DNA from: Hyphomicrobiaceae bacterium
Lineage (GTDB): Bacteria; Pseudomonadota; Alphaproteobacteria; Rhizobiales; Hyphomicrobiaceae
Length of the DNA stretch: 64,000 nt
Direction of reading: 5' to 3'
Assembly: GCA_965224225.1 (NCBI GenBank)
Contig: CBDCZF010000025.1
Span: 171,137 to 235,136 of the forward strand
The notes below the pieces were generated by a model. That model did not search any database, was not told the DNA's origin, and saw only the letters and a program-made list of their open reading frames with translations. The position numbers and the translations under genes were made by a program. Of this stretch, positions 1 through 9,704 are shown one piece after another; positions within the stretch are counted from its first letter, which is position 1; each line of letters begins with the position of its first letter.

Positions 1-227
1 CGCTGCCCTTGTCACGTGAGGACATTGCCGATTATGTCGGCCTCAATGCCGAAACGGTCAGCCGTCTGCTCGGCCGTGTCAAAAAACGAGGCGACATCAT
101 CTTCCTGTCACCAACCGAATACGTAATTCCGGATTTTGCTGCGTTCGAACGGCGCGCAGCATATAACCCGTTCATCGTGCCCTTTGGAGCTGATAAGGTG
201 CAGCAGACCTTGATGGATGCGAGTTAG
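1..227 (+). CDS. Crp/Fnr-family transcriptional regulator, C-terminal HTH fragment (5' partial)
   Basis: ORF runs off the window start. 'REDIADYVGLNAETVSRLL' matches the Crp/Fnr C-terminal helix-turn-helix. Confidence 0.55.
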   Translation, partial: LPLSREDIADYVGLNAETVSRLLGRVKKRGDIIFLSPTEYVIPDFAAFERRAAYNPFIVPFGADKVQQTLMDAS

Positions 228-241
228 AACGGACGACCGAA

Positions 242-2218
242 ATGATCGTTGAGCTTGGGCATTTTGCGCTTTGCCTGGCGCTGATTGCAGCCGTGATCCA
301 ATCGACTGTGCCGCTTTACGGCGAGCACAAGGGTGCCGCGGCTGCATTGCGGGTCGCCGACAGCGCCGCCCAGGTGCAGTTTCTGGCCATCGCCGGTGCC
401 TTTGCAGCCCTCACCTATGCCTACGTCGTCTCCGACTATTCGGTCGCGAACGTGGCGCTCAACTCTCATTCGAGCAAGCCGACGCTCTACAAGGTCTCAG
501 GCGTCTGGGCCAACCACGAAGGCTCGATGCTGCTTTGGGTGCTGATCCTCGCCCTGTTCGGCATTCTGATCTCGGTTTTCGGGCGCCAGATCCCGACCGC
601 CCTCAGATCCACTGTGCTCGCGGTGCAGGGTATGATCGGGACAGCCTTTCTGCTGTTCATCCTGCTGACATCGAACCCGTTTCTACGGCTCGACAATCCC
701 CCGCTCGACGGGCGCGGCATGAACCCGCTGCTGCAGGATCCGGGCGTCGCGCTCCATCCGCCGCTGCTCTATGTCGGCTACGTCGGTTTTTCCACAGCCT
801 TTTCGTTCGCCGTTGCAGCGCTGATCCGCGGCCGGGTCGATTCCTCCTGGGCGCGCTGGATGCGGCCGTGGGTACTGCTCGCCTGGTCGGGACTGACCGC
901 CGGTATCGCGCTCGGCTCCTGGTGGGCGTACTACGAACTTGGCTGGGGCGGGTTCTGGTTCTGGGATCCGGTCGAGAACGCTTCGTTCATGCCCTGGCTG
1001 CTCGGCACGGCGCTGCTGCATTCGGCCATCGTCGTCGAGAAGCGCTCCGCCCTGCTCAAATGGACGATCCTGCTCGCCATCCTGACTTTTGCCCTGAGCC
1101 TGATCGGCACCTTCCTGGTGCGTTCCGGCATTCTTTCGTCGGTGCATGCCTTTGCAACCGATCCGGCCCGTGGCCTGTTTATCCTGCTCATTATCTCGGC
1201 TGCGATCGGTGGCGGGCTGGCGCTTTTCGTCTGGCGCGCACCGAAGCTCGGTGACGGTGGCACGTTCGCCATTCTCTCCCGGGAAAGCGGGCTGGTCTTC
1301 AACAACATGCTGCTGGCCGCGGCCTGTGCCGTCGTCTTTATCGGCACGCTTTATCCGTTGATTCTCGACCTCCTGACGGGTCAGCGGATCACGGTCGGCC
1401 CGCCCTATTTCAACATGACGTTTCTGCCGATTTTCGGCGTCGCCATGCTGATTGCCGGCATCGGCCCGTTTCTCGCCTGGAAAAAGGCCCGTCAGCGTGA
1501 TGTCGTGAGTTACATGCAGTGGACGCTTGCAGCTGTCGTGTTCATCGTTGCCGCTATAGCCTTCGGCCTCGGGCTCGCCGATCCGGTAGGCATCCTTGGG
1601 ATCGGGGTCGCCGTCTGGCTCGCCACGGCAAGCCTCATTGATCTGGCCCGTCGCGGCGGTCTGCCCGGTGCGCCTGCAGGCGTTGCATTGCGCCGCATTG
1701 CCGGCCTGCCGCGATCGGCGTGGGGCCTATACATCGGTCACTTTGGCCTTGCCGTCGTGGCGGCCGGAGTCGTTGCCATCTCCGTCTGGCGCGTCGAAGC
1801 CATCCAGGTGCAAAGCAAGGGCGCACCGGTTGCAGTAGGCCCCTACCAGTTCACGCTTATGGAGGTTGTCCAGACCAAGGGCCCCAATTACCAGGCGCAG
1901 GTGGCGAAAGTAAAAGTCGAGCGGGACGGAAGAACTGTCCAGTTTCTGCTGCCCGAACGGCGCTGGTATCCGATCGAACAGAAGCCGACGACGGAAGCCG
2001 CCATCGCCACGCTCTGGCACGGCGATCTTTATGCCGTGCTCGGCGATCCCAACGGTTCGGGAAGTTTTGTGACGCGCTACTATTACAACCCCGGCGTACC
2101 CTGGATGTGGGCAGGCGCACTTCTGATCACTTTGGCCGGCCTGATTTCTCTGACCGACCGGCGCCTCCGGTTCGGCGCGCCACGTGCCGCCGGCGGCGCC
2201 ATCCAGCCGGCCGAATAG
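242..2218 (+). CDS. ccmF: cytochrome c-type biogenesis heme lyase CcmF
   Basis: 658 aa polytopic membrane protein with the CcmF signature 'WGGFWFWDPVENASFMPWL'. Followed by ccmH and ccmI. Confidence 0.9.
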   Translation: MIVELGHFALCLALIAAVIQSTVPLYGEHKGAAAALRVADSAAQVQFLAIAGAFAALTYAYVVSDYSVANVALNSHSSKPTLYKVSGVWANHEGSMLLWVLILALFGILISVFGRQIPTALRSTVLAVQGMIGTAFLLFILLTSNPFLRLDNPPLDGRGMNPLLQDPGVALHPPLLYVGYVGFSTAFSFAVAALIRGRVDSSWARWMRPWVLLAWSGLTAGIALGSWWAYYELGWGGFWFWDPVENASFMPWLLGTALLHSAIVVEKRSALLKWTILLAILTFALSLIGTFLVRSGILSSVHAFATDPARGLFILLIISAAIGGGLALFVWRAPKLGDGGTFAILSRESGLVFNNMLLAAACAVVFIGTLYPLILDLLTGQRITVGPPYFNMTFLPIFGVAMLIAGIGPFLAWKKARQRDVVSYMQWTLAAVVFIVAAIAFGLGLADPVGILGIGVAVWLATASLIDLARRGGLPGAPAGVALRRIAGLPRSAWGLYIGHFGLAVVAAGVVAISVWRVEAIQVQSKGAPVAVGPYQFTLMEVVQTKGPNYQAQVAKVKVERDGRTVQFLLPERRWYPIEQKPTTEAAIATLWHGDLYAVLGDPNGSGSFVTRYYYNPGVPWMWAGALLITLAGLISLTDRRLRFGAPRAAGGAIQPAE

Positions 2219-2231
2219 GAGCTGACTAGGT

Positions 2232-2720
2232 ATGGCCCTGCGCTTCCATGCTCTCTGGCAGACGATGGCTGTCGGCTTGCTTACATTGCTGACCTGCACG
2301 AGTGCCGCTTTCGCACTCGAGCCCGGCGAAATGTTCGACGACCCCAAGCTCGAGCAGCGCGCCCGTGACATTGGCCGCAATCTGAGGTGCGTGGTCTGCC
2401 AGAACCAGTCGATCTTCGATTCCAACGCCGGCCTTGCCAAGGACCTGCGCGGTGTCGTGCGCGAACGCATCCGCGCTGGAGATAGCGATCAGCAGGTCAT
2501 CGACCATGTCGCTGCACGCTACGGTGATTTCGTGCTCATGCAGCCGCCCGTCGACACGCACACGATCATCCTCTGGCTGGCGCCTGTGCTGATCGTCCTC
2601 GGCGGTCTCGTAACCGTTGCTCTTTATTTGCGCGGGCGTCGTGCCAACCCGGAGCAGGTCGTCCTTTCCGAGGCTGACCGCGCGGCTGCCCGTCAGCTGC
2701 TCGGCGGAGACAAATCATGA
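2232..2720 (+). CDS. ccmH: cytochrome c-type biogenesis protein CcmH (CycL)
   Basis: 162 aa with 'LRCVVCQNQSI' CXXC thiol-redox motif, signal peptide and C-terminal TM. Sits between ccmF and ccmI. Confidence 0.85.
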   Translation: MALRFHALWQTMAVGLLTLLTCTSAAFALEPGEMFDDPKLEQRARDIGRNLRCVVCQNQSIFDSNAGLAKDLRGVVRERIRAGDSDQQVIDHVAARYGDFVLMQPPVDTHTIILWLAPVLIVLGGLVTVALYLRGRRANPEQVVLSEADRAAARQLLGGDKS

Positions 2721-4147
2721 TTGCGTTCTGGGTTTCAGTTGCAGCCATTGCATTTGTTGCGGGCCTATGGCTTGCCCGCCCGTTCCTGACGGGCGCCAAG
2801 GCCGAGGTCGACGAGACGGAGGCTGCAATCTCGATCTTCCGCGACCAGTCGGCCGAGCTGGAAAAGGATCTCGAGGCAAACCTGATCGGCCAGTATGAGT
2901 ACGATGCAGCCCGCGCCGAAATCGAAAAACGCGTGATTGCATCCGCGCAGGCTCCGGCACACTTAACATCTGCCTCGCGCTCGCCCGTTGCCGCGGTCGC
3001 CCTCACCGCGGCCTGTGCGCTTGGCGCCTTGGTAACGTATGCGGCCTTCGGCTCTCCTGAGAGTGAAGATCAGCCCCGTGTTGCGCGTCAGGACGAGGTG
3101 CTTCAGCGCCAGGCATCGTCCGGCGATATGATGGCCCGCATCGAAATGCTTATTCAGAAGACGCGCAAGAACCCGAAATCATTCGAAGACTGGTGGATGC
3201 TGGCGCTCAGCTACGCGACAATCGCCGACCACGCATCGGCCTCGGAAGCTTATCGTCAGGCGGCCAAACTCTCGAGCGATCGCCCGGCCGTGCTCTCGGC
3301 CTATGCCGAATCGCTGACGCTTGCCAACGCCAACAAGGTGACCGAGGAAGCCCGCCTGATATTCGAGCAGATCCTACAGAAATCGCCGGATCCGAGAGCG
3401 CGCTACTACATCGCGCTCGCCAAGGCCCAGGCCAACGATCTTGAAGGGGCGCTCGACGACTGGGCAGCGCTTGCACGCTCTTCAAGATCGGATGCCCCAT
3501 GGATGGCGCACGTCAGGCGCCAGATCATCAAGACCTCCGAACTTCTCAAACGCGATGCTGCGAAGTATCTGCCGGAGCCCGAGCCGACGACTGTCACGGC
3601 CGGAGCAGGAGGCGGTGCCAAGCTCGACCCCGCGGCTGCGAAAGAGCGCGCCAAGGAACTCGCTGATAAGCTCGCGGCGTCACCCAAGGACTACAAGGGC
3701 TGGCTTGAACTTGCGAGGCTCTACGTACAACTCGGCCAGACCGACGATGCCAGGGCGGCAATTGGCAAGGTCCGCGAGCTCTACGGCGCTGCCCCCTTCG
3801 TTGTCGCGAGGATTAACGAAACGGCGAACCAGCTTGGCCTCGATGGCGCGGCCGAGGCCGGGCGCGTCAAGGGCCCGAGTGCCGCCGATATGGCTGCCGC
3901 ACGCTCGATGAGCCCCGATGCTCAAGCCCAGATGATCGAGGGCATGGTGGCGGGTCTGGCTGCCAAGCTGGAGAAAAATCCCGACAATTCGGAGGGCTGG
4001 ATGATGCTGATCCGCTCCTACACGGTCCTCGGGCGCAAGGAGCAGGCCTTGGCTGCCTACGAGAAAGCGCGCAGTCATTTCGCCGGTAATCATGCCGTGC
4101 TCGCGCAAATGAAACAACTGGTTGAGGGTCACCTGAACATCAAGTGA
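2717..4147 (+). CDS. ccmI: cytochrome c-type biogenesis protein CcmI/CycH (TPR protein)
   Basis: 476 aa, N-terminal TM then TPR-like repeats. Start overlaps the ccmH stop by 4 nt. Confidence 0.75.
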   Translation: MIAFWVSVAAIAFVAGLWLARPFLTGAKAEVDETEAAISIFRDQSAELEKDLEANLIGQYEYDAARAEIEKRVIASAQAPAHLTSASRSPVAAVALTAACALGALVTYAAFGSPESEDQPRVARQDEVLQRQASSGDMMARIEMLIQKTRKNPKSFEDWWMLALSYATIADHASASEAYRQAAKLSSDRPAVLSAYAESLTLANANKVTEEARLIFEQILQKSPDPRARYYIALAKAQANDLEGALDDWAALARSSRSDAPWMAHVRRQIIKTSELLKRDAAKYLPEPEPTTVTAGAGGGAKLDPAAAKERAKELADKLAASPKDYKGWLELARLYVQLGQTDDARAAIGKVRELYGAAPFVVARINETANQLGLDGAAEAGRVKGPSAADMAAARSMSPDAQAQMIEGMVAGLAAKLEKNPDNSEGWMMLIRSYTVLGRKEQALAAYEKARSHFAGNHAVLAQMKQLVEGHLNIK

Positions 4148-4226
4148 CCCAATCAATTTGGAAACCCGTGCCCCGGTCGCGGAGGCGCCTCGGCGCTGAA
4201 GATGGCTGTCGGGCGTGCCGCGATTA

Positions 4227-4255
4227 TTGACACGTTTTGTCAATGCCATATCTAT
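4227..4255 (+). promoter_or_regulatory. candidate sigma70-type promoter / operator: TTGACA-N5-TGTCAA perfect inverted repeat, then ATCTAT 17 nt downstream of the TTGACA
   Basis: Perfect 6-bp inverted repeat at 4227-4243 containing a consensus -35 hexamer. Lies just upstream of the unknown ORF (ATG 4243/4285). Confidence 0.25.
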
Positions 4256-4284
4256 TGATACCAAACGTTTGTGAGGCTTGGTTT

Positions 4285-5139
4285 ATGCAATGGGTTCTGA
4301 TCGACGGCGACGGCGAACCATGGACGCCGGCGGTCTATATGCAGATCATGCATGGGCGATCTGCCGATGATGGCGACACGCTCGACTTCGTTGTTCGCAC
4401 GACCGGCTGCGCGCTGGTTGGCTGGAACGATGGTGGCTCCTCTATCATCAAGGCAGCACCCCAGCGCACATCGTTTCTGACCTTTGCCGGCGTCGTCGAA
4501 GCGACAGAGAGCGTGCGGTCCGGGCGAGTGGCGCTCGAGTGGTTCGATCCCAACGAGAACGAATGGTATTCGCGCATCTTTGCGAACGGTTCCGAGGCGA
4601 CTGGCGCCCTGATCGACCTGTCACTGCGTCACGGACAACGCAGTCGCTTTCTGGCGAGCCGGTATGATGTCGCCTCACTGGCCGACAACCATCCTCTGCG
4701 CAACTTGCTCGATCTCTGGCGCAGCAGAGGCGGCACGATCGACATCGAGCGAGACAATGCGACACTCTGCAATCTGACCGACTCGAAATATCTGACTGCC
4801 GTGATCGACGACGGCGCGCTCAGGTTTTCCGCGCTTGGGCCCGGCTGGCGGGTCTACGACAGTAAGCGCTGGCTCAGCCACTGCATTGGCCAGCGCGTCG
4901 AGGACCAGCCGGACTATGAGTACGGCTGCTGGGTGGCCGGGCAATTGCGTGAGGCGCTGCTGCGCGATGAGCCGACGCTCACGAATGCCCATGTGCTTGT
5001 CCACGACCCGACCGGTAGCCGCAAGCGCCGCATCCAGTATACGCGCCTGACACTGCCGGTCATCGATCCAATGGGCCGGGCTCAGCTGCTAAGCGCGTCG
5101 CACATCAACCGCAGAGTCGACATCGCGGTGGGACCATAG
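4285..5139 (+). CDS. hypothetical protein (unknown function)
   Basis: Long ORF with no recognisable motif. The tool's start at 4237 is TTG; ATG at 4285 has a GAGG RBS, ATG at 4243 is an alternative. 3' end overlaps the convergent ORF 5089..5862 by 51 nt. Confidence 0.4.
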   Translation: MQWVLIDGDGEPWTPAVYMQIMHGRSADDGDTLDFVVRTTGCALVGWNDGGSSIIKAAPQRTSFLTFAGVVEATESVRSGRVALEWFDPNENEWYSRIFANGSEATGALIDLSLRHGQRSRFLASRYDVASLADNHPLRNLLDLWRSRGGTIDIERDNATLCNLTDSKYLTAVIDDGALRFSALGPGWRVYDSKRWLSHCIGQRVEDQPDYEYGCWVAGQLREALLRDEPTLTNAHVLVHDPTGSRKRRIQYTRLTLPVIDPMGRAQLLSASHINRRVDIAVGP

Positions 5140-5862
5140 CCAGCTGAACGTGTCGTCGATGATGTCGTTCGGCTGCTGGCGCCCGATGATGACGTGGATG
5201 TCCTCGTTGGGATCGGATGGCGTCCGGTGCATGACGATGCCGTCGGACATATCGCGAAAACCGATGCGCGTGTGGAAGTTCTTGGCAACGCTGCCCGGCG
5301 CGAACAACGCGATGATGTTGTCGAGACCGTAGTGAGTAAAGGCAACGGCCCGCGCGATGCGCGGTGTAATCATGGTCAGTTCTGTTTTGCGGTAGTCGGG
5401 GTGATACCAGACCCCACCGCCGAGCCCGACGCGCCCTGTGATCTCCGCCGCATTGGGCGCGGTCACTTTATAGCTCTCTCCGTCGAGCGCGTAGCGCTCC
5501 GGTTCTGCATAGGCCATGCGCAGGGCTTCGGCCTCGATCTTGAGGTTCGAGCCCGACCAATCGAACAGTCGGATACCGTTGGTCAGAATGATGTCACCGT
5601 CCTGGTTGCGGCCGAACAGAACGACGCAATTCTCCGGTCTGGCACCTCCTACCTCGGGTTGGAAGCTGGTCATCAACGTGCGCCAATTACCAGAGTTCAA
5701 CTGGTTGGTTTCGTGAAATTCTTCCGGCGAGCCAAGCTCGAGGCTGATGCCTCGTTGTTCGACAATCTGAACGGCACTGAGAAAGAACCTGGCAAACAAA
5801 TCTGCCGGACCGAATTGAACTGAAAGTTGAGAGAGAAACTGACCGCGATCGGCAACTGACAT
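5089..5862 (-). CDS. hypothetical protein, possibly GNAT-like/N-acyltransferase fold (speculative)
   Basis: 257 aa; ATG at 5862 is preceded by a strong GGAGG RBS. C-terminal half has a GNAT-like 'RIGF' stretch. No confident family assignment; not LuxI-like. Confidence 0.4.
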   Translation of the reverse strand: MSVADRGQFLSQLSVQFGPADLFARFFLSAVQIVEQRGISLELGSPEEFHETNQLNSGNWRTLMTSFQPEVGGARPENCVVLFGRNQDGDIILTNGIRLFDWSGSNLKIEAEALRMAYAEPERYALDGESYKVTAPNAAEITGRVGLGGGVWYHPDYRKTELTMITPRIARAVAFTHYGLDNIIALFAPGSVAKNFHTRIGFRDMSDGIVMHRTPSDPNEDIHVIIGRQQPNDIIDDTFSWLWSHRDVDSAVDVRRA

Positions 5863-6036
5863 AGTATGAGCCTCCTACTCTTAAAGTTGAGACTCGACGA
5901 TGAAATCAACTGGAGTGCACGGAAAAGTAGCTAGATGGGCTTTTCCACCGTTTGACAACGGGCGGTCGGATACTCTTTATTGAGAGTTGTTCTGAACACG
6001 GATGGCACAAGTGGCTGGAATTGTTGGCGTAGGGTG

Positions 6037-6453
6037 ATGGGTAGATCGAGAGACGACGTTGACGTCGTGGTTGGGAGACGGCTCCGGGCCCGACGTTTGC
6101 TGCTTGGCCTCAGCCAAGAGGCGCTTGGCGCGGCCTGTGGGCTGTCAGGACAGCAGATCCACAAGTACGAAGTCGGCCAGTCAGCATTATCGTGCTCGAG
6201 GATGGTCGACCTCGGGGCAGCCTTGCACGTTCCGCCGAGCTATTTCTTGCTGGATTTTGAAAACAGTGCCGACATGCCATCGGACATCGTCTTGCTGCTC
6301 AACGACCCTCACCTCGTCGAGATCATCCGGCTCAACCAGAAACTGCCCAAACACGCGCAGGCCGGCGTGCTGGCCCTGCTTAGAGCGCTTGCTTTAGGAA
6401 CGCGTGAGGATGACGCCGGGGAGCCCCAGCACTCATATGAAAGGTGTTCGTAG
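6037..6453 (+). CDS. XRE (Cro/C1-type) helix-turn-helix transcriptional regulator
   Basis: 'VGRRLRARRLLLGLSQEALGAACGLSGQQIHKYEVGQS' matches an HTH_XRE domain, with a ~80 aa C-terminal extension. Alternative upstream start at 5980. Confidence 0.6.
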   Translation: MGRSRDDVDVVVGRRLRARRLLLGLSQEALGAACGLSGQQIHKYEVGQSALSCSRMVDLGAALHVPPSYFLLDFENSADMPSDIVLLLNDPHLVEIIRLNQKLPKHAQAGVLALLRALALGTREDDAGEPQHSYERCS

Positions 6454-6543
6454 CCGGCTGCAGGCGGGTTGTTCGGGCGACAGGTATGGTGTGTGTGCGG
6501 TGGCCCGTAGCGAAACCGCGCGAATTTATGCGTACATGTCAAT

Positions 6544-6630
6544 TGGTGCGGACGGCGGGACTCGAACCCGCACGAGCCTTGGCTCGAGAGATTTTAAGTC
6601 TCTTGTGTCTACCGGTTCCACCACGTCCGC
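6544..6630 (-). tRNA. tRNA-Leu (anticodon TAA)
   Basis: 87-nt cloverleaf on the minus strand. GCGGACG/CGTCCGC acceptor stem, long variable arm, GGTTCGAGTCC T-arm, anticodon loop cTTAAaa, 3' CCA encoded. Confidence 0.85.
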
Positions 6631-6661
6631 TGAAGCGTGAGAGCGATATCACTATTAGCGC

Positions 6662-7366
6662 TCATGGGCCAGTCAATGACGCGACGCGCCGGCCGCCGTG
6701 CAGCACGGCGGCGCGCAGCAATAGATAGAGCAGCGTCGCGTTGAATATGTGCCACAGGAAATGCGTGCCGACCGGGTGTCCGGCGACTTGCGTTGACGGG
6801 CAGATCGCATTGTCGATCGTACGAAACGTCAGTGACAGGGCGAATATCAAGCCGGCCGCCGCCAGGTATCTGCCGGCCGCGTGCCCTTGCAGGGCGAGCC
6901 AGCCGCCGATGACGACAAGCACAAGGAAGGCCGGACCATATGCGAGTGAACCGTTGAGGCACGGCTCGCCATCGCAGCGCAACATGCTCGACTGTTGCAA
7001 GGCAAGGAAGAACAGGACGAGGCCGACGCCGGTTACCAGCCAGTTGAAGCCGATATAGCGGCGCAACGCATAGGCCAGATAAGCGACCATGAAAATGCCG
7101 ATCGGCGCGGTGTCTGCGACCGCCGCCCAGCGTGTCGCAAGCGTGTGAAACAGGAAGCTGCCGGCGCCGATCACGAACACCAGCACAATGAGCGCGAGAT
7201 CGACCCTGCGCCGTTCGTGCGCGGGCATCTTCAACCACAAAGTGAGTGCCATGAAGGCTGCGATCCAGAATGCGGCATTAGTAATCGCGTTGAACGGCTC
7301 GGCCCAGAACGCGCCATTGCCGGCGCGCTCGCAATATTCGAAGACCTGCTGGTTCCAGAACGACAT
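6662..7366 (-). CDS. ceramidase-family integral membrane hydrolase
   Basis: Polytopic membrane protein with conserved His-containing motifs ('THFLWHIFNA', 'NAITNAAF') typical of the alkaline ceramidase family. ATG at 7366 has a GGAGAGG RBS; the tool start 7381 is TTG. Confidence 0.55.
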   Translation of the reverse strand: MSFWNQQVFEYCERAGNGAFWAEPFNAITNAAFWIAAFMALTLWLKMPAHERRRVDLALIVLVFVIGAGSFLFHTLATRWAAVADTAPIGIFMVAYLAYALRRYIGFNWLVTGVGLVLFFLALQQSSMLRCDGEPCLNGSLAYGPAFLVLVVIGGWLALQGHAAGRYLAAAGLIFALSLTFRTIDNAICPSTQVAGHPVGTHFLWHIFNATLLYLLLRAAVLHGGRRVASLTGP

Positions 7367-7412
7367 TGCCTGCCTCTCCAAGGCCTGATGCCAATGGCAT
7401 TGCTAGTGTCGT

Positions 7413-7594
7413 GTCCGGACCGCTGCTTGCTCCTCACCCTAACCCTCTCCCCGTACGCGCCGAAGTGGCGCTACGGGGAGAGGGAATCCGGCCGTGCCTT
7501 GTGGCATCGCAGCTGATAACACGACGGGCCAAGTTCCCTCTCCCCGTACTTCACGGGGAGAGGGTTAGGGTGAGGGGCAAGCAGCGGTCCGGAC
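7413..7594. repeat. compound palindromic intergenic repeat (REP/RIME/MITE-like)
   Basis: 30-bp outer inverted arms GTCCGGACCGCTGCTTGCTCCTCACCCTAA / TTAGGGTGAGGGGCAAGCAGCGGTCCGGAC (1 mismatch). They enclose two inner hairpins built on the 13-bp IR CCCTCTCCCCGTA / TACGGGGAGAGGG. Confidence 0.75.
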
Positions 7595-7663
7595 ATGAAT
7601 TTGGTTTCAGATGCCCATGTGTCTCAGTGTCATGATCAAAACATTGCCCATGGCGCAGATCGA

Positions 7664-9472
7664 TCACGCCTCCTTCTTGGCCTGCGTGGCGATCCTGAGG
7701 CCCAGTTCACGGAGCTGGCTCGGGGCGACTTCGGCCGGGGCGTCCATCATCAGGTCATGGGCCTGCTGGTTCATCGGGAACAATGTCACCTCGCGCAGGT
7801 TCTGGCCGCCGACGATCAACATGACAATGCGGTCGATGCCGGCCGCCATGCCGCCATGCGGAGGCGCGCCGTACTGGAAGGCGCGATACATGCCGCCGAA
7901 GCGTTCCTTGACGACTTCGGGACCGAGCCCCGTGACAGCGAATGCCTTCAGCATGGTCGCCGGCATGTGATTGCGGATCGAACCCGATGCAATCTCGAAG
8001 CCGTTGCACACGAGATCATATTGCCAGGCCTTGAGGGCAAGCAGTTCTTCGTCCGTCGTTGCAGCCTCCAGCGCCTCGAGACCACCTTGAGGCATCGAGA
8101 AGGGGTTGTGCGAGAAGTCGATTTTCTTAGCTTCCTCGTCCCATTCATACATCGGAAAATCGACGATCCAGGCGAGTGCAAAGCGGTCTTTGTCAATGAG
8201 TTCGAGTTCCTCGCCGACCCGGTCACGGGCAAGGCCGGCAAACCTGGCGAAGTTGGTCGGCTTGCCGGCGGCAAAGAATACCGCATCGCCGTCGCCGAGG
8301 CCGAGCTGTTCAGCCATCGCCTGTGTGCGTTCCGGCCCGATGTTCTTGGCGATCGGGCCTGCCCCCTCTCCCTCGCGCCAGAAGATATATCCAAGCCCCG
8401 GCTGGCCCTCGCCCTGTGCCCATGAATTCATGCGGTCGCAGAACGCTCGGCTGCCGCCGTTGGGCGCCGGCACCGCCCAGACGCGCACGGCCGGATCCTT
8501 CTCGATCATGCCGGCGAAGATCTTGAAGCCCGAGCCCCGGAAATGCTCGGTCACGTCCTGCATTTCAATCGGATTGCGCAAGTCCGGCTTGTCGGTGCCG
8601 TATTTCGCCATCGCCTCGTCGTAGGGAATGCGCGGAAACCGATCGGTGACGGCCTTGCCGTCGGCGAACTCGGCGAAGACCTCGCGGATCACCGGCTCCA
8701 TGGTCCGGAACACGTCGTCCTGCTCGACGAAGCTCATCTCGACGTCGAGCTGGTAGAATTCGCCGGGCAGGCGGTCGGCGCGCGGGTCCTCGTCGCGGAA
8801 GCACGGCGCTATCTGGAAATATCGGTCGAAGCCCGAGACCATCAGCAACTGCTTGTATTGCTGCGGGGCCTGCGGCAGGGCGTAGAACTTACCCTGGTGG
8901 ATGCGGCTTGGCACCAGGAAGTCGCGTGCGCCTTCCGGGCTCGATGCGGTCAGCACCGGCGTCGTAAACTCGTTAAAGCCGGCCTCTTCCATACGCCGGC
9001 GGATCGATTTGATGACCGCCAGGCGGCGCATGATGTTGGCGTGTAGGGTCTCTCGTCTGAGATCCAGGAAGCGATACTGCAGGCGCAGGTCTTCCGGATA
9101 GTCCGGCTCGCCGAAGACCGGCACAGGCAGCTCGGCCGCCTCCGAGAGCACTTCGATTTCGGAGGCGAACAACTCGATTGCGCCGGTCGGCAGTTCCGGA
9201 TTAACGGTGCCTTCAGGGCGCTCGCGGACTTTGCCGTCGACGCGGATCACCCATTCCGAGCGCACGCGTTCAGCCATCGAAAAGGCAGCACTATCGGGAT
9301 CGGCGACAACCTGCGTGATGCCGTAGTGATCGCGCAGGTCGATGAACAGCACCCCGCCATGGTCGCGAACCCGGTGCACCCAGCCCGACAGGCGAACGTT
9401 GGTGCCGATATCCTCTTCGCGCAATGCGACGCAGGTATGAGTACGATAGCGGTGCTTAGTGTTCTCAGTCAT
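7664..9472 (-). CDS. aspS: aspartate--tRNA ligase
   Basis: 603 aa from ATG 9472 ([15 protein letters not shown]...). Class II aaRS motifs and an N-terminal anticodon-binding OB fold are recognisable throughout. Confidence 0.9.
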   Translation of the reverse strand: MTENTKHRYRTHTCVALREEDIGTNVRLSGWVHRVRDHGGVLFIDLRDHYGITQVVADPDSAAFSMAERVRSEWVIRVDGKVRERPEGTVNPELPTGAIELFASEIEVLSEAAELPVPVFGEPDYPEDLRLQYRFLDLRRETLHANIMRRLAVIKSIRRRMEEAGFNEFTTPVLTASSPEGARDFLVPSRIHQGKFYALPQAPQQYKQLLMVSGFDRYFQIAPCFRDEDPRADRLPGEFYQLDVEMSFVEQDDVFRTMEPVIREVFAEFADGKAVTDRFPRIPYDEAMAKYGTDKPDLRNPIEMQDVTEHFRGSGFKIFAGMIEKDPAVRVWAVPAPNGGSRAFCDRMNSWAQGEGQPGLGYIFWREGEGAGPIAKNIGPERTQAMAEQLGLGDGDAVFFAAGKPTNFARFAGLARDRVGEELELIDKDRFALAWIVDFPMYEWDEEAKKIDFSHNPFSMPQGGLEALEAATTDEELLALKAWQYDLVCNGFEIASGSIRNHMPATMLKAFAVTGLGPEVVKERFGGMYRAFQYGAPPHGGMAAGIDRIVMLIVGGQNLREVTLFPMNQQAHDLMMDAPAEVAPSQLRELGLRIATQAKKEA

Positions 9473-9704
9473 TCGTCGTGATCCGATTGTTCGGGCGGCA
9501 GGCGGGCATTGAAAGCGAACGGGAAGGCACAGAATGGCGGGCCGTGTTCGAAATCCGGCGCGAGAAGCGCATGCCGGGCCAGCACTGTCAAGCACGGCGC
9601 AGGCGCCAATTCGTGCCGAGATGCCGCCCGGCGACCAAATGCTTCAGAGCGAGCATAATTTTTTCGCAGGACAAGGGTGTGAATTCTGAGCTATATCGCC
9701 GCGA

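Noticed and set aside
271-1254. 327-aa alternative-frame ORF inside ccmF
   Set aside because: Arg/Pro/Ala-rich translation typical of an off-frame read of GC-rich coding DNA. Fully overlapped by the well-supported ccmF frame.
4227-4243. TTGACA-N5-TGTCAA palindrome as a FixK/FNR box for the upstream Crp/Fnr-type regulator
   Set aside because: FixK/FNR boxes are TTGA-N6-TCAA (14-mer); spacing here does not fit. Kept only as a generic promoter/operator candidate.
5089-5862. LuxI-type acyl-homoserine-lactone synthase assignment for the 257-aa protein
   Set aside because: The conserved LuxI N-terminal R/F/W/E/D signature could not be found. Only a vague GNAT-like C-terminal resemblance remains.
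7595-8425. 276-aa ORF antisense to aspS (and similar antisense ORFs at 13645..14703 in guaB, 19663..20658 in coaBC, 34781..35788 in tadB, 56495..57585 in rpoD)
   Set aside because: High-GC antisense open frames with no RBS or motif support. The opposite strands carry clearly identifiable conserved genes.
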